The translations under genes and the position numbers were made by a program. From Verrucomicrobiota bacterium (GTDB lineage: Bacteria; Verrucomicrobiota; Verrucomicrobiia; Verrucomicrobiales; DEV007), in contig JASFYY010000020.1 in assembly GCA_045046875.1 (NCBI GenBank), forward strand, positions 1 through 60,602: a stretch of DNA of 60,602 nt, written 5' to 3'. The notes below the pieces were generated by a model that saw nothing but the letters and a program-made list of their open reading frames with translations, was not told where the DNA came from and searched no databases. Shown here one piece after another: positions 38,428 through 48,934 of this stretch. The stretch's first letter is position 1. The number at the start of each line of letters is the position of its first letter.

Positions 38428-38985
38428 CTACGATGCGCCGCCGGGTTTGCGGAAAGGCATTCCCAGCCCTGTCAGCAGCTCCTTGGCCGCTTCATCCGTA
38501 GTTGCAGAAGTAACGATAGTGATATCGAAACCGATGGTGCGTTTGACTTTGTCGAGTTCGATTTCCGGGAAAATCGTCTGGTCACTCACCCCGAGGGTGT
38601 AGTTGCCATTGCCATCAAAACTTTTGGTCGGCACACCGCGAAAGTCACGAATGGTCGGCATCGCCGCATTCAACAAACGATCGAGGAACTCCCACATGAT
38701 TTTGCCGCGCAAAGTCACCCGGGCTCCAATGGTATCACCTGCCCGCAGTTTGAAGTTCGAAATACTATTTTTCGCTTTGGTCAAAACCGGACGCTGCCCC
38801 GTGATGATCGACATGTCGTTCACCACATCCTCAGCGGCTTGTTTGCGGTCATCCACATTACCAAACCCGCTATTGAGCACCACTTTCTGCACCTGTGGCA
38901 CCTGGTGCACATTGCTGATGCTCAGCGTTTTTTTCAATTCGGGAGCGACTTCCTCGTTGTATTTTTTTAAAAGATTGGGCTGCAT
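38428..38985 (-). CDS. rplE: 50S ribosomal protein L5
   Basis: ITGQRP, FKLR, RDFRG, FDGNGNYTLG. Confidence 0.97.
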   Translation of the reverse strand: MQPNLLKKYNEEVAPELKKTLSISNVHQVPQVQKVVLNSGFGNVDDRKQAAEDVVNDMSIITGQRPVLTKAKNSISNFKLRAGDTIGARVTLRGKIMWEFLDRLLNAAMPTIRDFRGVPTKSFDGNGNYTLGVSDQTIFPEIELDKVKRTIGFDITIVTSATTDEAAKELLTGLGMPFRKPGGAS

Positions 38986-39032
38986 AATGCTTCTACCTCT
39001 GTTTACCTGAAATTCTTATCTACCAAGGCCGT

Positions 39033-39284
39033 TTATTTGCTCTCGGCATTGACCAGTTTGACATTCGAAATGTGAATCGGCCCCTCGCGTTCGATGATGC
39101 CTCCCTCGGGAAGATCCTCGCTCTTGCGCTCTGCCTTTTTGATCATACGAACGCCTTCGACCAGAACACGTCCCTTTTCGGGAAGCACCTGCAGCACTTT
39201 ACCCTGGGAACCTTTGTGTTCGCCCGAAATCACTTCGACTTCGTCGTTCTTCTTAACGTGTGTTTTGATTTTTTTCCTGTTCAT
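39033..39284 (-). CDS. rplX: 50S ribosomal protein L24 (short form)
   Basis: KOW motif [24 protein letters not shown]. Confidence 0.95.
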   Translation of the reverse strand: MNRKKIKTHVKKNDEVEVISGEHKGSQGKVLQVLPEKGRVLVEGVRMIKKAERKSEDLPEGGIIEREGPIHISNVKLVNAESK

Positions 39285-39646
39285 AGCACTTCTGGAGCTA
39301 GTGACACAATTTTCATGAAGTTCTGCTCACGCAATTCACGTGCAACAGGACCAAAAATACGAGTTCCCTGCGGGTTCTTGTCCTTATCAATGATGACGAC
39401 AGCATTTTTGTCAAAACGCAGCACCGAACCATCGGCGCGACGAACCGGAGCCGCCGTGCGCACCACAACAGCGCGAACCACTTCCCCTTTTTTAATGCTA
39501 GCCGTGGGAGACGCTTCCCGAATATGTATAGTGATGACATCGCCGATGCCGGCACTCTTGGTGCGTTTGCCAATCACCCCAATCATCTTGGCAGCCTTGG
39601 CTCCGGTATTATCGGCCACTAGGACCCTGGATTCCATTTGAATCAT
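39281..39646 (-). CDS. rplN: 50S ribosomal protein L14
   Basis: [30 protein letters not shown]. Confidence 0.98.
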   Translation of the reverse strand: MIQMESRVLVADNTGAKAAKMIGVIGKRTKSAGIGDVITIHIREASPTASIKKGEVVRAVVVRTAAPVRRADGSVLRFDKNAVVIIDKDKNPQGTRIFGPVARELREQNFMKIVSLAPEVL

Positions 39647-39694
39647 CTCTCAATAACCTTTCGTTTAAAATTCTTAATTGCTTAAAATTTCTGC

Positions 39695-39970
39695 TTAGTG
39701 ACTCAACACTTCCATCAATCGCCAGCATTTGCTTTTGCTGATTGGACGGGTTTCCATCACCTCTACTTTATCCCCCACTTTAGCTTCCTCTTTTTCATCG
39801 TGAGCGAACACGGTTGTCGAACGCTTGACGATTTTACCAAATTTCGGATGCGGTACCCGGCGCACCAACTCGACTTTGATCGTTTTGTGCATCTTATCCG
39901 AAACGACGACTCCTACGAGACTTCTTCGCGAATTGCGACTTTGGGTTTCCGTGCTTGCTGTATCACTCAT
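39695..39970 (-). CDS. rpsQ: 30S ribosomal protein S17
   Basis: GVVVSDKMHKT, ETRPISKSK. Confidence 0.97.
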   Translation of the reverse strand: MSDTASTETQSRNSRRSLVGVVVSDKMHKTIKVELVRRVPHPKFGKIVKRSTTVFAHDEKEEAKVGDKVEVMETRPISKSKCWRLMEVLSH

Positions 39971-40071
39971 GACTAGTAAAACTTTTTAACTGCTAACGAA
40001 CGCTTTGTTATTACCGCGATTCGCTTCTCTCAAATTATCTTCTCTATATTGCTGCCTCTCGACCCCAACCT

Positions 40072-40305
40072 CTATTCTGCTGCTGCCACTTCTTTAGTCG
40101 CGGCCGCTGCTGCCAATCTGCGTTCTGAAAGAATTGTTTCAATTTTGGAGATCTCTCGGCGAATGGCTTTCAACCGTGAGGAATTCTCCAACTGTCCGGA
40201 CTCCTGTTGCACCCGCAAATGCAGGGCTTCTTCCTTGACGTCCCGTCTCCGGGTTGCCAATTCTTCCACACTCAGTTCTCTCAGCTCTTTAATTTTTGTG
40301 TTCAT
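40072..40305 (-). CDS. rpmC: 50S ribosomal protein L29
   Basis: ELRELSVEEL, GQLEN, RREISKIET, and position in the operon. Confidence 0.93.
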   Translation of the reverse strand: MNTKIKELRELSVEELATRRRDVKEEALHLRVQQESGQLENSSRLKAIRREISKIETILSERRLAAAAATKEVAAAE

Positions 40306-40381
40306 CTTATTTCAAGACTGTTAAAATCATTGTTGGTTCTAAATACCTGCTCTGATTTTATTCCTTATCCAAATTTCCTTA

Positions 40382-40789
40382 TCATCTGCCCACAAAGCGA
40401 GTTCTCACTCCCAATTTGTTAGCTGCCAATCGCATTGCCTCTTTGGCCAATGATTCCGGCACACCACCCACTTCAAACAACATCGTTCCAGGGCGAACCA
40501 CGGCCACCCAATGTTCCGGAGAACCCTTACCTTTACCCATACGAGTTTCAGGTGGACGCTGCGTGATAGGTTTGTGAGGAAATACACGAATCCAAACTTT
40601 CCCCTTACGTTTAAGGTGACGATTGATCGCAACACGGCAGGCTTCGATCTGACGATTCGTGATCCACTCACGACCGAGAGACTGCAAGCCAAACTCGCCG
40701 AAGCTCACCTTCGTTCCACGCTGAGCATCACCGGCACGGCTGCCGCGCTGGCTCTTGCGATACTTCACTCTTTTGGGCATTAAAGGCAT
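40382..40789 (-). CDS. rplP: 50S ribosomal protein L16
   Basis: [16 protein letters not shown]. Confidence 0.97.
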   Translation of the reverse strand: MPLMPKRVKYRKSQRGSRAGDAQRGTKVSFGEFGLQSLGREWITNRQIEACRVAINRHLKRKGKVWIRVFPHKPITQRPPETRMGKGKGSPEHWVAVVRPGTMLFEVGGVPESLAKEAMRLAANKLGVRTRFVGR

Positions 40790-40853
40790 AATACTTTTCC
40801 TTCTTTTCTAAAATTTATCTAAATACTTTTCTCTGTTACAACAAGCTCAACGA

Positions 40854-41690
40854 CTAGCGTCTTGCTCCCGGACCTCCTGGTCCGCCACCCGGACGACCAC
40901 CTGGTCCACCTGGACGACCACCGCCACCCGGTCCGCCTGGACGGCCCGGTCCACCCGGACGACCTGGCCCACCCGGACGACCCCCTGGTCCACCCGGACG
41001 ACCACCTCCACGGCGATCTGGACGATCAGGACGACCACCCGTTTGCTTTTTAGCATTGGTTTCGAGATCTTCCTTCTTGTTGATCCAGCATTTGATCCCA
41101 ATGATTCCCCAAGTGGTGTTCGCTTCAGTGAAACCGTAATCAATCGGCACCCGCAGGGTGTGCAAAGGCACACTGCCTTTACGATACCACTCAGCACGGG
41201 CAATATCAGCACCACCCAGACGTCCGGCGCAGCGCAAACGAATGCCCTCGGCACCAAACTCCATAGCGGTCTGCAAAGCTCTTTTCATCGCACGGCGGAA
41301 AGCAATCCGGCGCTCCAGCTGCAAAGCCACTGACTCGGCAACCAACTGCGCATCCGTTTCCGGTTGCTTGATTTCCTGGATGTCCACTTTGACTTGCTTG
41401 CCTCCACACATTTTGGAAACTTCAGCTGTCATGCGTTCGATCTCAGATCCCTTACGTCCGATAACAAGACCGGGGCGGGAAGTGAAGAGCGTTACCCGCA
41501 CACTGTTCCACGCACGCTCGATCATAATCTTCGACACAGCGGCAAAATGGAGTTTCTCCTTCAAGTAGCTGCGAATTTCCAGATCGCTGTGCAGGTAATC
41601 TGCAAATTGCCCTTTAGGTGCATACCATTTCGAACGCCAGTCTTTATTGACTGCGAGGCGAAATCCAATTGGATTGACTTTTTGTCCCAT
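40854..41690 (-). CDS. rpsC: 30S ribosomal protein S3 with Gly/Pro/Arg-rich tail
   Basis: MGQKVNPIGFRL, RPGLVIG, GRLGGADIAR, VPLHTLR. Confidence 0.97.
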   Translation of the reverse strand: MGQKVNPIGFRLAVNKDWRSKWYAPKGQFADYLHSDLEIRSYLKEKLHFAAVSKIMIERAWNSVRVTLFTSRPGLVIGRKGSEIERMTAEVSKMCGGKQVKVDIQEIKQPETDAQLVAESVALQLERRIAFRRAMKRALQTAMEFGAEGIRLRCAGRLGGADIARAEWYRKGSVPLHTLRVPIDYGFTEANTTWGIIGIKCWINKKEDLETNAKKQTGGRPDRPDRRGGGRPGGPGGRPGGPGRPGGPGRPGGPGGGGRPGGPGGRPGGGPGGPGARR

Positions 41691-41719
41691 GATTCTTGTC
41701 TCTCGTTCTTAAATTAAAA

Positions 41720-42295
41720 TTATTTCTTGTCACCGTCTTCGGCGACATCTTTCGCATCTTCTGCGGCAGGGGCGCTATCAGTAGCGCTTTCTGCGGAATT
41801 TTCCACAACAGTTTCTTCAACCGCTACTTCTTCTTCGGTCTCAACGACCTCTTCTTTGACTTCTTTTTTGGCTTTAGCCGCTGGTTTTTTAGCCGCCTTC
41901 TTCTTAGGAGCCGCTTTTTTGCGTTTCCGTTCAGAAGTTTCCTCCAAGAGAGCGATCATGTCAGCGTCTTCGGTCAATACGATATTGATCCGGCTAGTGC
42001 GCTTGCGGATGGGCGAAGCCGATCCACGAGCCCTTGGCATGAAGCGCTTCATCGTCGGGCCTTCACCCGCCGTCGCTTCCTTGATCACCAAGCTATCCAC
42101 TGACAGCTCAAAATTATGTTCCGCATCCGCCACTGCTGCTTTCACGGTCTTTGCCACCAGGCGAGCTGCTTTTCTTGGCGTGAAAGCCAAGAGGTCCAGT
42201 GCTTGCGAGACCGGCAGGCCTTGAATTTCACGAGTGACATCACGCACTTTACGTGCTGAGATACGGGCTCCTTTGTATGTTGATCGAACGTCCAT
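41720..42295 (-). CDS. rplV: 50S ribosomal protein L22 with C-terminal basic then acidic extension
   Basis: RISARKVR, PRARG, RKRTS. Start taken at ATG 42295. Confidence 0.95.
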   Translation of the reverse strand: MDVRSTYKGARISARKVRDVTREIQGLPVSQALDLLAFTPRKAARLVAKTVKAAVADAEHNFELSVDSLVIKEATAGEGPTMKRFMPRARGSASPIRKRTSRINIVLTEDADMIALLEETSERKRKKAAPKKKAAKKPAAKAKKEVKEEVVETEEEVAVEETVVENSAESATDSAPAAEDAKDVAEDGDKK

Positions 42296-42314
42296 TAAAT
42301 CCAATAGTATAAGT

Positions 42315-43154
42315 TCAAAGTTGTTGCGGTTTCGGCTGAATTCTGTCGCCAATTTTTACATCATCGTTTTCGCTGACTAATTCACTAAGCACAGCTCCAC
42401 AGATCGAGTCGCGCACATCAACCACCATAGCCGTGCCTATCGGACGGTCGGTGCGCAAAATTTCCAAAGGCATTCCCACTCGAACGCCACCTTTTCTTCC
42501 TACATTCAAAACAATCAATCCGATTTCCGGATCCATACTCACCACCCGTGCACGTGATACGCTCACCGGTGCTTTTTTTACTTTAGGCAAAGTCAATCCC
42601 AGGGCCACATCACTGGCTCTCAATTCGGTCTCAACCAGCATCCTGCTGCTAGGGTCCGCCGTGCCCTGCGCGCTGGCTTGCAAATAACCCACCACCGATT
42701 CACTAAGAGTGATCAACTGTGAGGACAGTTTCTGATTTTGCTCGCGTTCCAGTTCGGTTGCTCTGACCGCCTTGAGCAAGCGCTGTTGTAACCCTTTAGG
42801 ATCCACATTCAATACATCCACTCCGAGAGCTTCCATTTTGATCAGCAAATCCTGATAAGCGGCACGCTCTGTCCTAGCCTCGTTATTAGCGGCAGCCAAA
42901 CTCTCAGCGAGAGCCTTGCGGGTTTCATCCAGAGCCGCAGCCCGGATTTTTTCCGCTGCCAATCGTTTCTGACTGACTTTCAAAGCAGTTTTTAATTCCT
43001 GAATCTCAATCGAAGCTTCCTGTGCTTCGAGCGAAGCTGACATCAGCAAGGAACCCGCCAGCAACAAACACAAAGCGGCAGTCACAACCACATTCACCGC
43101 GTTTGCGGTAGCCGTGGCGCGTTGGCGCATCGTATGGTTGATGGTTGTGTTCAT
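42315..43154 (-). CDS. Hypothetical exported coiled-coil protein inside the S10 operon
   Basis: Signal-like hydrophobic segment, heptad-rich middle, C-terminal beta domain (LIVLNVG..GGVRVGM). Co-oriented between rpsS and rplV. Confidence 0.8.
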   Translation of the reverse strand: MNTTINHTMRQRATATANAVNVVVTAALCLLLAGSLLMSASLEAQEASIEIQELKTALKVSQKRLAAEKIRAAALDETRKALAESLAAANNEARTERAAYQDLLIKMEALGVDVLNVDPKGLQQRLLKAVRATELEREQNQKLSSQLITLSESVVGYLQASAQGTADPSSRMLVETELRASDVALGLTLPKVKKAPVSVSRARVVSMDPEIGLIVLNVGRKGGVRVGMPLEILRTDRPIGTAMVVDVRDSICGAVLSELVSENDDVKIGDRIQPKPQQL

Positions 43155-43186
43155 ACTATGATGTTCTTATCCAGTGCTCGTCTCAA

Positions 43187-43459
43187 TTACAGTTTCGGAT
43201 TGTGTCCACCGTGAGCGATAAATTTACGCGTCGCAGAGAACTCACCCAATTTGTGTCCGACCATGTTTTCCGTCACAAATACAGAAGGGAAATCCTTGCC
43301 ATTGTGAACCAGAAAAGTGTGGCCGACAAAATCCGGAGTGATCAGCGAACGTCGTGACCAGGTTTTGATCGGACGTTTTCCGCCGCTCTCATTCATCGCA
43401 TCGATTTTGCCCAGAAGTTTCTGGTCAACAAACGGTCCTTTTTTCAGTGATCTACCCAT
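43187..43459 (-). CDS. rpsS: 30S ribosomal protein S19
   Basis: [27 protein letters not shown]. Confidence 0.98.
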   Translation of the reverse strand: MGRSLKKGPFVDQKLLGKIDAMNESGGKRPIKTWSRRSLITPDFVGHTFLVHNGKDFPSVFVTENMVGHKLGEFSATRKFIAHGGHNPKL

Positions 43460-43546
43460 GATTTTTTAAGTGCTTTCGAAGTCTTTACGTTTCGATTTAA
43501 AATTATTCAGTGCTTAGTATCGGTTGCTAAATCAAGCTCAGCTCAA

Positions 43547-44395
43547 TTAACGACGCCCACCTTTTTTCTTGCGTCTTTCGACAATAAATTTGTTGCTGGA
43601 TTTATGTTTCTTACGGGTTTTCAGCCCTTTCACATGTCCCCAGGGACTCTTCAAGTGCTGGCGACCACCACCTGATTTTGATTTACCCTCACCACCACCA
43701 TTTGGATGATCAACCGGGTTCATACACATACCGCGCACGGTAGGACGAATTCCCAGCCAGCGAGTTCTACCCGCTTTGGCGCTCACCACATTCATGTGCT
43801 CGTGGTTGCCCACCTCACCAATCGTGGCGTAACATTTCAAATTCACTTTACGCATCTCACCTGATGGCAATTTCAACACAGCGTATTTTTCATCTTTACT
43901 GGCCAAAGTCGCTGCCTGCCCAGCACTACGTGCCATCTGTCCACCGCGACCAGGAGTCAATTCGATATTGTGAACCAAGCTGGTCAATGGAACTTCAGAA
44001 AGCGGCATGGCGTTGCCGGGTTTCAAAGGGCTGCCCTCACCGGACTGCACCGATTGTCCCACTTCGAGACTTCGTGGAGCCAGGATGTAAGATCTCTGTC
44101 CGTCGGAATACTCGATCAAAGCGATACGCGAAGTGCGGTTCGGATCGTATTCGATTGCGATCACTTTAGCCACTTCGTCATGACGAGCGCGCTTGAAGTC
44201 GATCAAACGATATTTGCGTTTGTGACCACCACCACGGTGACGACAAGTGATGCGTCCACGGTTGTTGCGGCCACCCGATTTTTTCAACGGGCTGGTCAGG
44301 TTCTTCTCTGGCTTCGATTTTGTGATTTCCGCAAAATCGGGCAGCAGTTTGTAACGATTCGAAGGCGTTACTGGTCTAAATTTTTTCAACGGCAT
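43547..44395 (-). CDS. rplB: 50S ribosomal protein L2
   Basis: [29 protein letters not shown]. Confidence 0.98.
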   Translation of the reverse strand: MPLKKFRPVTPSNRYKLLPDFAEITKSKPEKNLTSPLKKSGGRNNRGRITCRHRGGGHKRKYRLIDFKRARHDEVAKVIAIEYDPNRTSRIALIEYSDGQRSYILAPRSLEVGQSVQSGEGSPLKPGNAMPLSEVPLTSLVHNIELTPGRGGQMARSAGQAATLASKDEKYAVLKLPSGEMRKVNLKCYATIGEVGNHEHMNVVSAKAGRTRWLGIRPTVRGMCMNPVDHPNGGGEGKSKSGGGRQHLKSPWGHVKGLKTRKKHKSSNKFIVERRKKKGGRR

Positions 44396-44423
44396 GACTT
44401 TTCCTTAATTTAAAAGTTGATCC

Positions 44424-44708
44424 TTAAATGATTTCGATCTCTTCACCTTCTTTGAGGCGAACAAATGCTTTTTTCCAACTCGCGGCGCGACCGTAATCAG
44501 CACGACGCTCACGTTTCTTTTTTCCCTGATAGTTAGCAGTGCGCACATCAATCACTGTTTTTTTAAACAGTTTCTGCACCGCCTCCTTGATCTCCAGCTT
44601 GTTAGCGCGAGGATCTACTTTGAACACATAAACATTATGCATATCGGAAAGCAGCGTTGCTTTTTCGCTCAGCTGAAGAGTCTTGATAACTTGAAATATA
44701 TCTTTCAT
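44424..44708 (-). CDS. rplW: 50S ribosomal protein L23
   Basis: SEKA, ANKLEIKEAV, WKKAFV. Confidence 0.96.
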   Translation of the reverse strand: MKDIFQVIKTLQLSEKATLLSDMHNVYVFKVDPRANKLEIKEAVQKLFKKTVIDVRTANYQGKKKRERRADYGRAASWKKAFVRLKEGEEIEII

Positions 44709-44734
44709 TGTGATCGTCCTAATTAAAATTCAAT

Positions 44735-45415
44735 TTACGCTTCTTCGCTTGCAGCCTCTTTAGCTTCTTCTTTAGCAGAAGCGGCAGCCGCTTTTTCCCC
44801 GGCATCAGCACCCGTGCGGGTTGACAAGACACTCAAGGCGTCACCTACCACTATGATTTTGTCGAAATACAACAAATTCTCAGTGTTCACTTCCGCCGCG
44901 CTCATCAACAAAGTCTTCGCCACGTTGCGGCCAGAAAGAAATGTCGAGTCGGTGAAGTCCAGGCCGATGATCAAAGTTTTGCGGGCTTCCACCACACTGT
45001 TCACCGCTGCTACAAAACTCTTGGTTTTGCCATCCTTCACTTCAAACGAAGGAACGATAATAACATCTCCAGCGATAATCCGTTCACTGAGAGCTTTACG
45101 GAAAGCCAATCGTTTGGTCGATTTGTTGGTCTGCTTGGCATAACTCCTTGCACGAGGCCCAAAAACCACACCACCACCACGCCAGATCGGCGACGATGAA
45201 CGTCCGGCACGAGCACGACCCGTTCCTTTTTGACGCCATGGTTTTTTATTGGTCGCTTTGACTTCGCCACGGGTTTTGGTATTAGCCGATCCACAACGTC
45301 GATTAGCACGCATCGCGGTGATCACTTCGTGAACCGCCTGGGTGCCCCGACGATCTACGATCACATCCACGTTGGATTTTTTAGCTGCTGCAACTGTTAG
45401 TACTGTTCCTGCCAT
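44735..45415 (-). CDS. rplD: 50S ribosomal protein L4
   Basis: KPWRQKGTGRARAG, WRGGGVVFGP. Confidence 0.97.
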   Translation of the reverse strand: MAGTVLTVAAAKKSNVDVIVDRRGTQAVHEVITAMRANRRCGSANTKTRGEVKATNKKPWRQKGTGRARAGRSSSPIWRGGGVVFGPRARSYAKQTNKSTKRLAFRKALSERIIAGDVIIVPSFEVKDGKTKSFVAAVNSVVEARKTLIIGLDFTDSTFLSGRNVAKTLLMSAAEVNTENLLYFDKIIVVGDALSVLSTRTGADAGEKAAAASAKEEAKEAASEEA

Positions 45416-45435
45416 GATATTTTTCCTTTTGCAGT

Positions 45436-46131
45436 TTACGCTTTGTCTGCACTGTCATCTTTAGACGGCGCATCACCTGCTTTTAAATTTTGTTCCGGTG
45501 CGGGATGTTTCACCGCTGGGCGGATCATCACATAACTTCCTTTTGAACCAGGGATCGCTCCGCTGATCAAAAGCACATTGTCCTCTTCGCGTTTAGCGAC
45601 GATTTTCAGATTCTGAATCGTCTTACGGTATTGACCGTGACGACCAGGCATCTTTTTGTTCTTCCACACACGACCCGGCCAAGTGCCGGCTCCGATACCA
45701 CCCGGACGGCGATGCATCATCGATCCGTGAGCGGCGGGAAGTCCACCAAAGTTGTAACGTTTAACCACACCTTGAAAGCCTTTACCTTTCGAAGTGCCGA
45801 TCACGTCCACCCACTGATCTTCTTCGAACAGGTTAATGCCCGGATGATCCACTTCGGGAAGTGCCGCGTCGTCAGTCACACGAAACTCACGGATGCGCTT
45901 TTTAGGGTCGCCTCCATTTGCTTTGATGTGTCCGTTTTTTGCTTTAGTAAGGCGACTTTCTTTCTGCTCGTCAAAGCCTACTTGAATAGCCGAATAACCG
46001 TCTTTCTCCTGGGTTTTCTTCTGGAGAAACTGATTATCACTCACATCGATCACTGTTACAGCGACCGCTACACCGTCCTCGGTGTAAACGCGAGTCATTC
46101 CAATTTTTTTGCCTATCAATCCAATACTCAT
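45436..46131 (-). CDS. rplC: 50S ribosomal protein L3
   Basis: GKKIGMT, SKGKGFQG, KKMPG. Start taken at ATG 46131. Confidence 0.97.
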   Translation of the reverse strand: MSIGLIGKKIGMTRVYTEDGVAVAVTVIDVSDNQFLQKKTQEKDGYSAIQVGFDEQKESRLTKAKNGHIKANGGDPKKRIREFRVTDDAALPEVDHPGINLFEEDQWVDVIGTSKGKGFQGVVKRYNFGGLPAAHGSMMHRRPGGIGAGTWPGRVWKNKKMPGRHGQYRKTIQNLKIVAKREEDNVLLISGAIPGSKGSYVMIRPAVKHPAPEQNLKAGDAPSKDDSADKA

Positions 46132-46186
46132 GGTTTCAGCGTGAAGTTTTTGACCTGGGGTCAATCAAACAATTAAAAGTTCCAAA

Positions 46187-46495
46187 TTAAATCTTGATGG
46201 TGATATCCACCCCTGCTGGCAAGTTGAGTTTTTTCAACTCATCCACCGTTCTTGAAGTCGGCTCGATGATATTCAACAGCCGCTTGTGTGTTCTGATTTC
46301 AAATTGCTCCGCAGCTTTTTTGTTCACGTGCGGAGATTTGTTCACACTGAATTTTTCAATTCGTGTAGGCAACGGAATAGGTCCCGCTACTTTCGCACCA
46401 GTGCGTTTTGCCGTCTCCACAATATCGAGAGTCGATTTGTCGAGGATGCGGTGATCGTAGGCCCGGAGGCGTATTTTTATGCTTGTGTTTTGCAT
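46187..46495 (-). CDS. rpsJ: 30S ribosomal protein S10
   Basis: [26 protein letters not shown]. Confidence 0.98.
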   Translation of the reverse strand: MQNTSIKIRLRAYDHRILDKSTLDIVETAKRTGAKVAGPIPLPTRIEKFSVNKSPHVNKKAAEQFEIRTHKRLLNIIEPTSRTVDELKKLNLPAGVDITIKI

Positions 46496-46575
46496 TTCGA
46501 TACTGGTTATACAGTGTGTTTAAATTCTGTTCTTAAAAAATTCTATTGGGTGGGTTTCTGCCTTGGGGAGCGTTT

Positions 46576-48771
46576 CTATCCGCCGCCGCGCCGTTCCACT
46601 ATTTCTTCTACTATCTTCTCCGGCACCTCGTCAAAATGAGAGGGTCTCATTGAAAAATCCGCTCGCCCACTTGAGAGGCTGCGCATATCCGTCGAGTAAC
46701 CGAACATCTCCGCCAAAGGAGCCTCCACTCTCACGATGCTATGGTTGCCCTTAGCTTCGATCTCCTGGATTTTGCCACGACGTCGATTCAGATCCCCGAT
46801 GATATCACCTTGATATTCATCTGGAGTGCTCACCTCTACAGCCATTATCGGTTCAAGCAAGATCCCTTTTGCATTTTTAAAGCCATCTTTCATCGCAAAG
46901 ATGGTCGCCATCTTGAATGCCTGCTCATTGGAGTCCACATCATGACTCGAGCCATCGAGCAATTCAACGTGCACATCAACCATCGGATAACCCGCAGTCA
47001 CCCCGTTGATCATGGAATCTTTGATTCCGTCATAACAGGCATTGATAAATTCTTTAGGAATACTTCCACCGACCACCTTGTTCTCGATCGTCAAACCCTC
47101 GCCCTGTTTATTCGGTGCCACGTTCAGCACCACATGGCCGTATTGACCCTTGCCACCGGACTGCTTGATCAATTTGCCCTCACCCTTAGCCGATGCGGTA
47201 ATCGTCTCACGATAAGCGATCTGCGGTTTGCCCGAAGCGCTCTCCACTCCAAATTCACGTTTCATGCGCTCTTGCAACACTTCGAGGTGCAGCTCGCCCA
47301 TTCCAGAAATAATGGTCTGTCCGGTCTCTTCATCCGAGTGCACGGTGAAAGTCGGATCCTCTTCTGACAAGCTCTTTAAAGCCAGGGCCATTTTATCCTG
47401 ATCGAGAGTCGTGCGCGGCTCGACCGACATCGAAATCACCGGCTGAGGAAAAGCTGGAGGTTCCAGCATGATTTTAAAACTTTTGTCCGCCAGCGTATCA
47501 CCGGTGCCCACCGTCTTGATACCCACGATTGCGGCGATATCCCCTGCATAACAGGTTCCGATATCCTTGTGTTCGTCCGATTGGATCTGGATCAAGCGAC
47601 CCACTCGACTGGTTTTGCCAGTGCGCGGGTTGTAAACCTGATCCCCTTTGGAAATCGAGCCCGAATACACCCGGATAAAAACCAACTTGCCGACAAACTT
47701 GTCGCTCCACAATTTGAAAGCCAAAGCACAAAATTTGCCATTGTCGTTCGCCGCCGCTTCGACCACCACCGATTCATCATCAGGGTCCTGACCTTTGGCA
47801 GCCGGAATTTCCAGGGGACTGGGCAGGTAATCCACCACCGCATCGATCAAATACTGCACCCCTTTGTTCTTAAAAGCAGAACCTCCCGCAACCGGGATGA
47901 TTTTGTTAGCGATCGTCGCCCGGCGCAAAGCCGCTTTGACATCCACCACGGTGATTTCCTCTTCGTCGAGAAATTTCATTCCCAACTCTTCATCAGCTTC
48001 GACCAACGCCGACATCAGCTCTTCGTGAGCCGTTTCCGCTACCAGCATCTGCTCCGCATCCAGATCAACCACTTCGTAAGTGGAACCCAGCAAGTCGTCA
48101 TCGGAATAAATAACCCCCTTTTTATTGACCACATCAATCTGGCCAGTCAAATCTTCTTCACTGCCAATCGGAATCAAAACCGGAATCGCATTCGCGCCCA
48201 GCTTTTCACGCACATCCTGCACCGCCGCATTAAAATCAGCCGCCACGCGGTCCATCTTATTGATAAAAATGATTCGCGGCACCCCGTAAGTGTCCGCCTG
48301 ACGCCACACCGTCTCCGACTGCGGCTGAACCCCAGCCACTCCACAAAAAACCACGATCACTCCGTCGAGCACCCGCAAAGAACGCTCCACCTCCGCAGTG
48401 AAATCCACATGCCCTGGAGTATCGATGATATTCACCCGCTGCTCCTGATCGGCAAACGCCTTATAAACACCCACCTCGGGAGTCTGCGTCCAGCGGCAAC
48501 TGACCGCTGCCGAAGTGATGGTGATGCCACGCTCACGCTCCTGATCCATCCAATCCGTAGTGGCTGCTCCGTCATGCACTTCACCGATGCGATGAATCAT
48601 TCCGGTGTAAAACAAAATCCGCTCCGTCAGGGTTGTTTTGCCTGCGTCGATATGCGCTGCGATGCCAATATTCCGCGTACGTTCCAGCGTCACTTCGCGA
48701 TCAGGCGAATTCGGCGAAACGGAAACAGAATTGCTCACTTTTTTGGGCATATCCAGGGTTACAGCACTCAC
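46576..48771 (-). CDS. fusA: Elongation factor G
   Basis: AHIDAGKTT, ERGITI, DTPGHVDF, NKMD, GMGELHL. Confidence 0.98.
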   Translation of the reverse strand: MSAVTLDMPKKVSNSVSVSPNSPDREVTLERTRNIGIAAHIDAGKTTLTERILFYTGMIHRIGEVHDGAATTDWMDQERERGITITSAAVSCRWTQTPEVGVYKAFADQEQRVNIIDTPGHVDFTAEVERSLRVLDGVIVVFCGVAGVQPQSETVWRQADTYGVPRIIFINKMDRVAADFNAAVQDVREKLGANAIPVLIPIGSEEDLTGQIDVVNKKGVIYSDDDLLGSTYEVVDLDAEQMLVAETAHEELMSALVEADEELGMKFLDEEEITVVDVKAALRRATIANKIIPVAGGSAFKNKGVQYLIDAVVDYLPSPLEIPAAKGQDPDDESVVVEAAANDNGKFCALAFKLWSDKFVGKLVFIRVYSGSISKGDQVYNPRTGKTSRVGRLIQIQSDEHKDIGTCYAGDIAAIVGIKTVGTGDTLADKSFKIMLEPPAFPQPVISMSVEPRTTLDQDKMALALKSLSEEDPTFTVHSDEETGQTIISGMGELHLEVLQERMKREFGVESASGKPQIAYRETITASAKGEGKLIKQSGGKGQYGHVVLNVAPNKQGEGLTIENKVVGGSIPKEFINACYDGIKDSMINGVTAGYPMVDVHVELLDGSSHDVDSNEQAFKMATIFAMKDGFKNAKGILLEPIMAVEVSTPDEYQGDIIGDLNRRRGKIQEIEAKGNHSIVRVEAPLAEMFGYSTDMRSLSSGRADFSMRPSHFDEVPEKIVEEIVERRGGG

Positions 48772-48934
48772 GGTTCAAAATCGATTTGTCACAATCGACA
48801 CAAAGTTTTATCAGTCGTCAGGGTTACGTCTTCTTATTGCTAGCGTGGTTCTTAGCGCCCAGCGAACTTGTATTTCACCGGGCAGGCACTCAGGCCTAAA
48901 TCAATCCTTAGCTTTAGCTATTGGCTCAGCTCTT

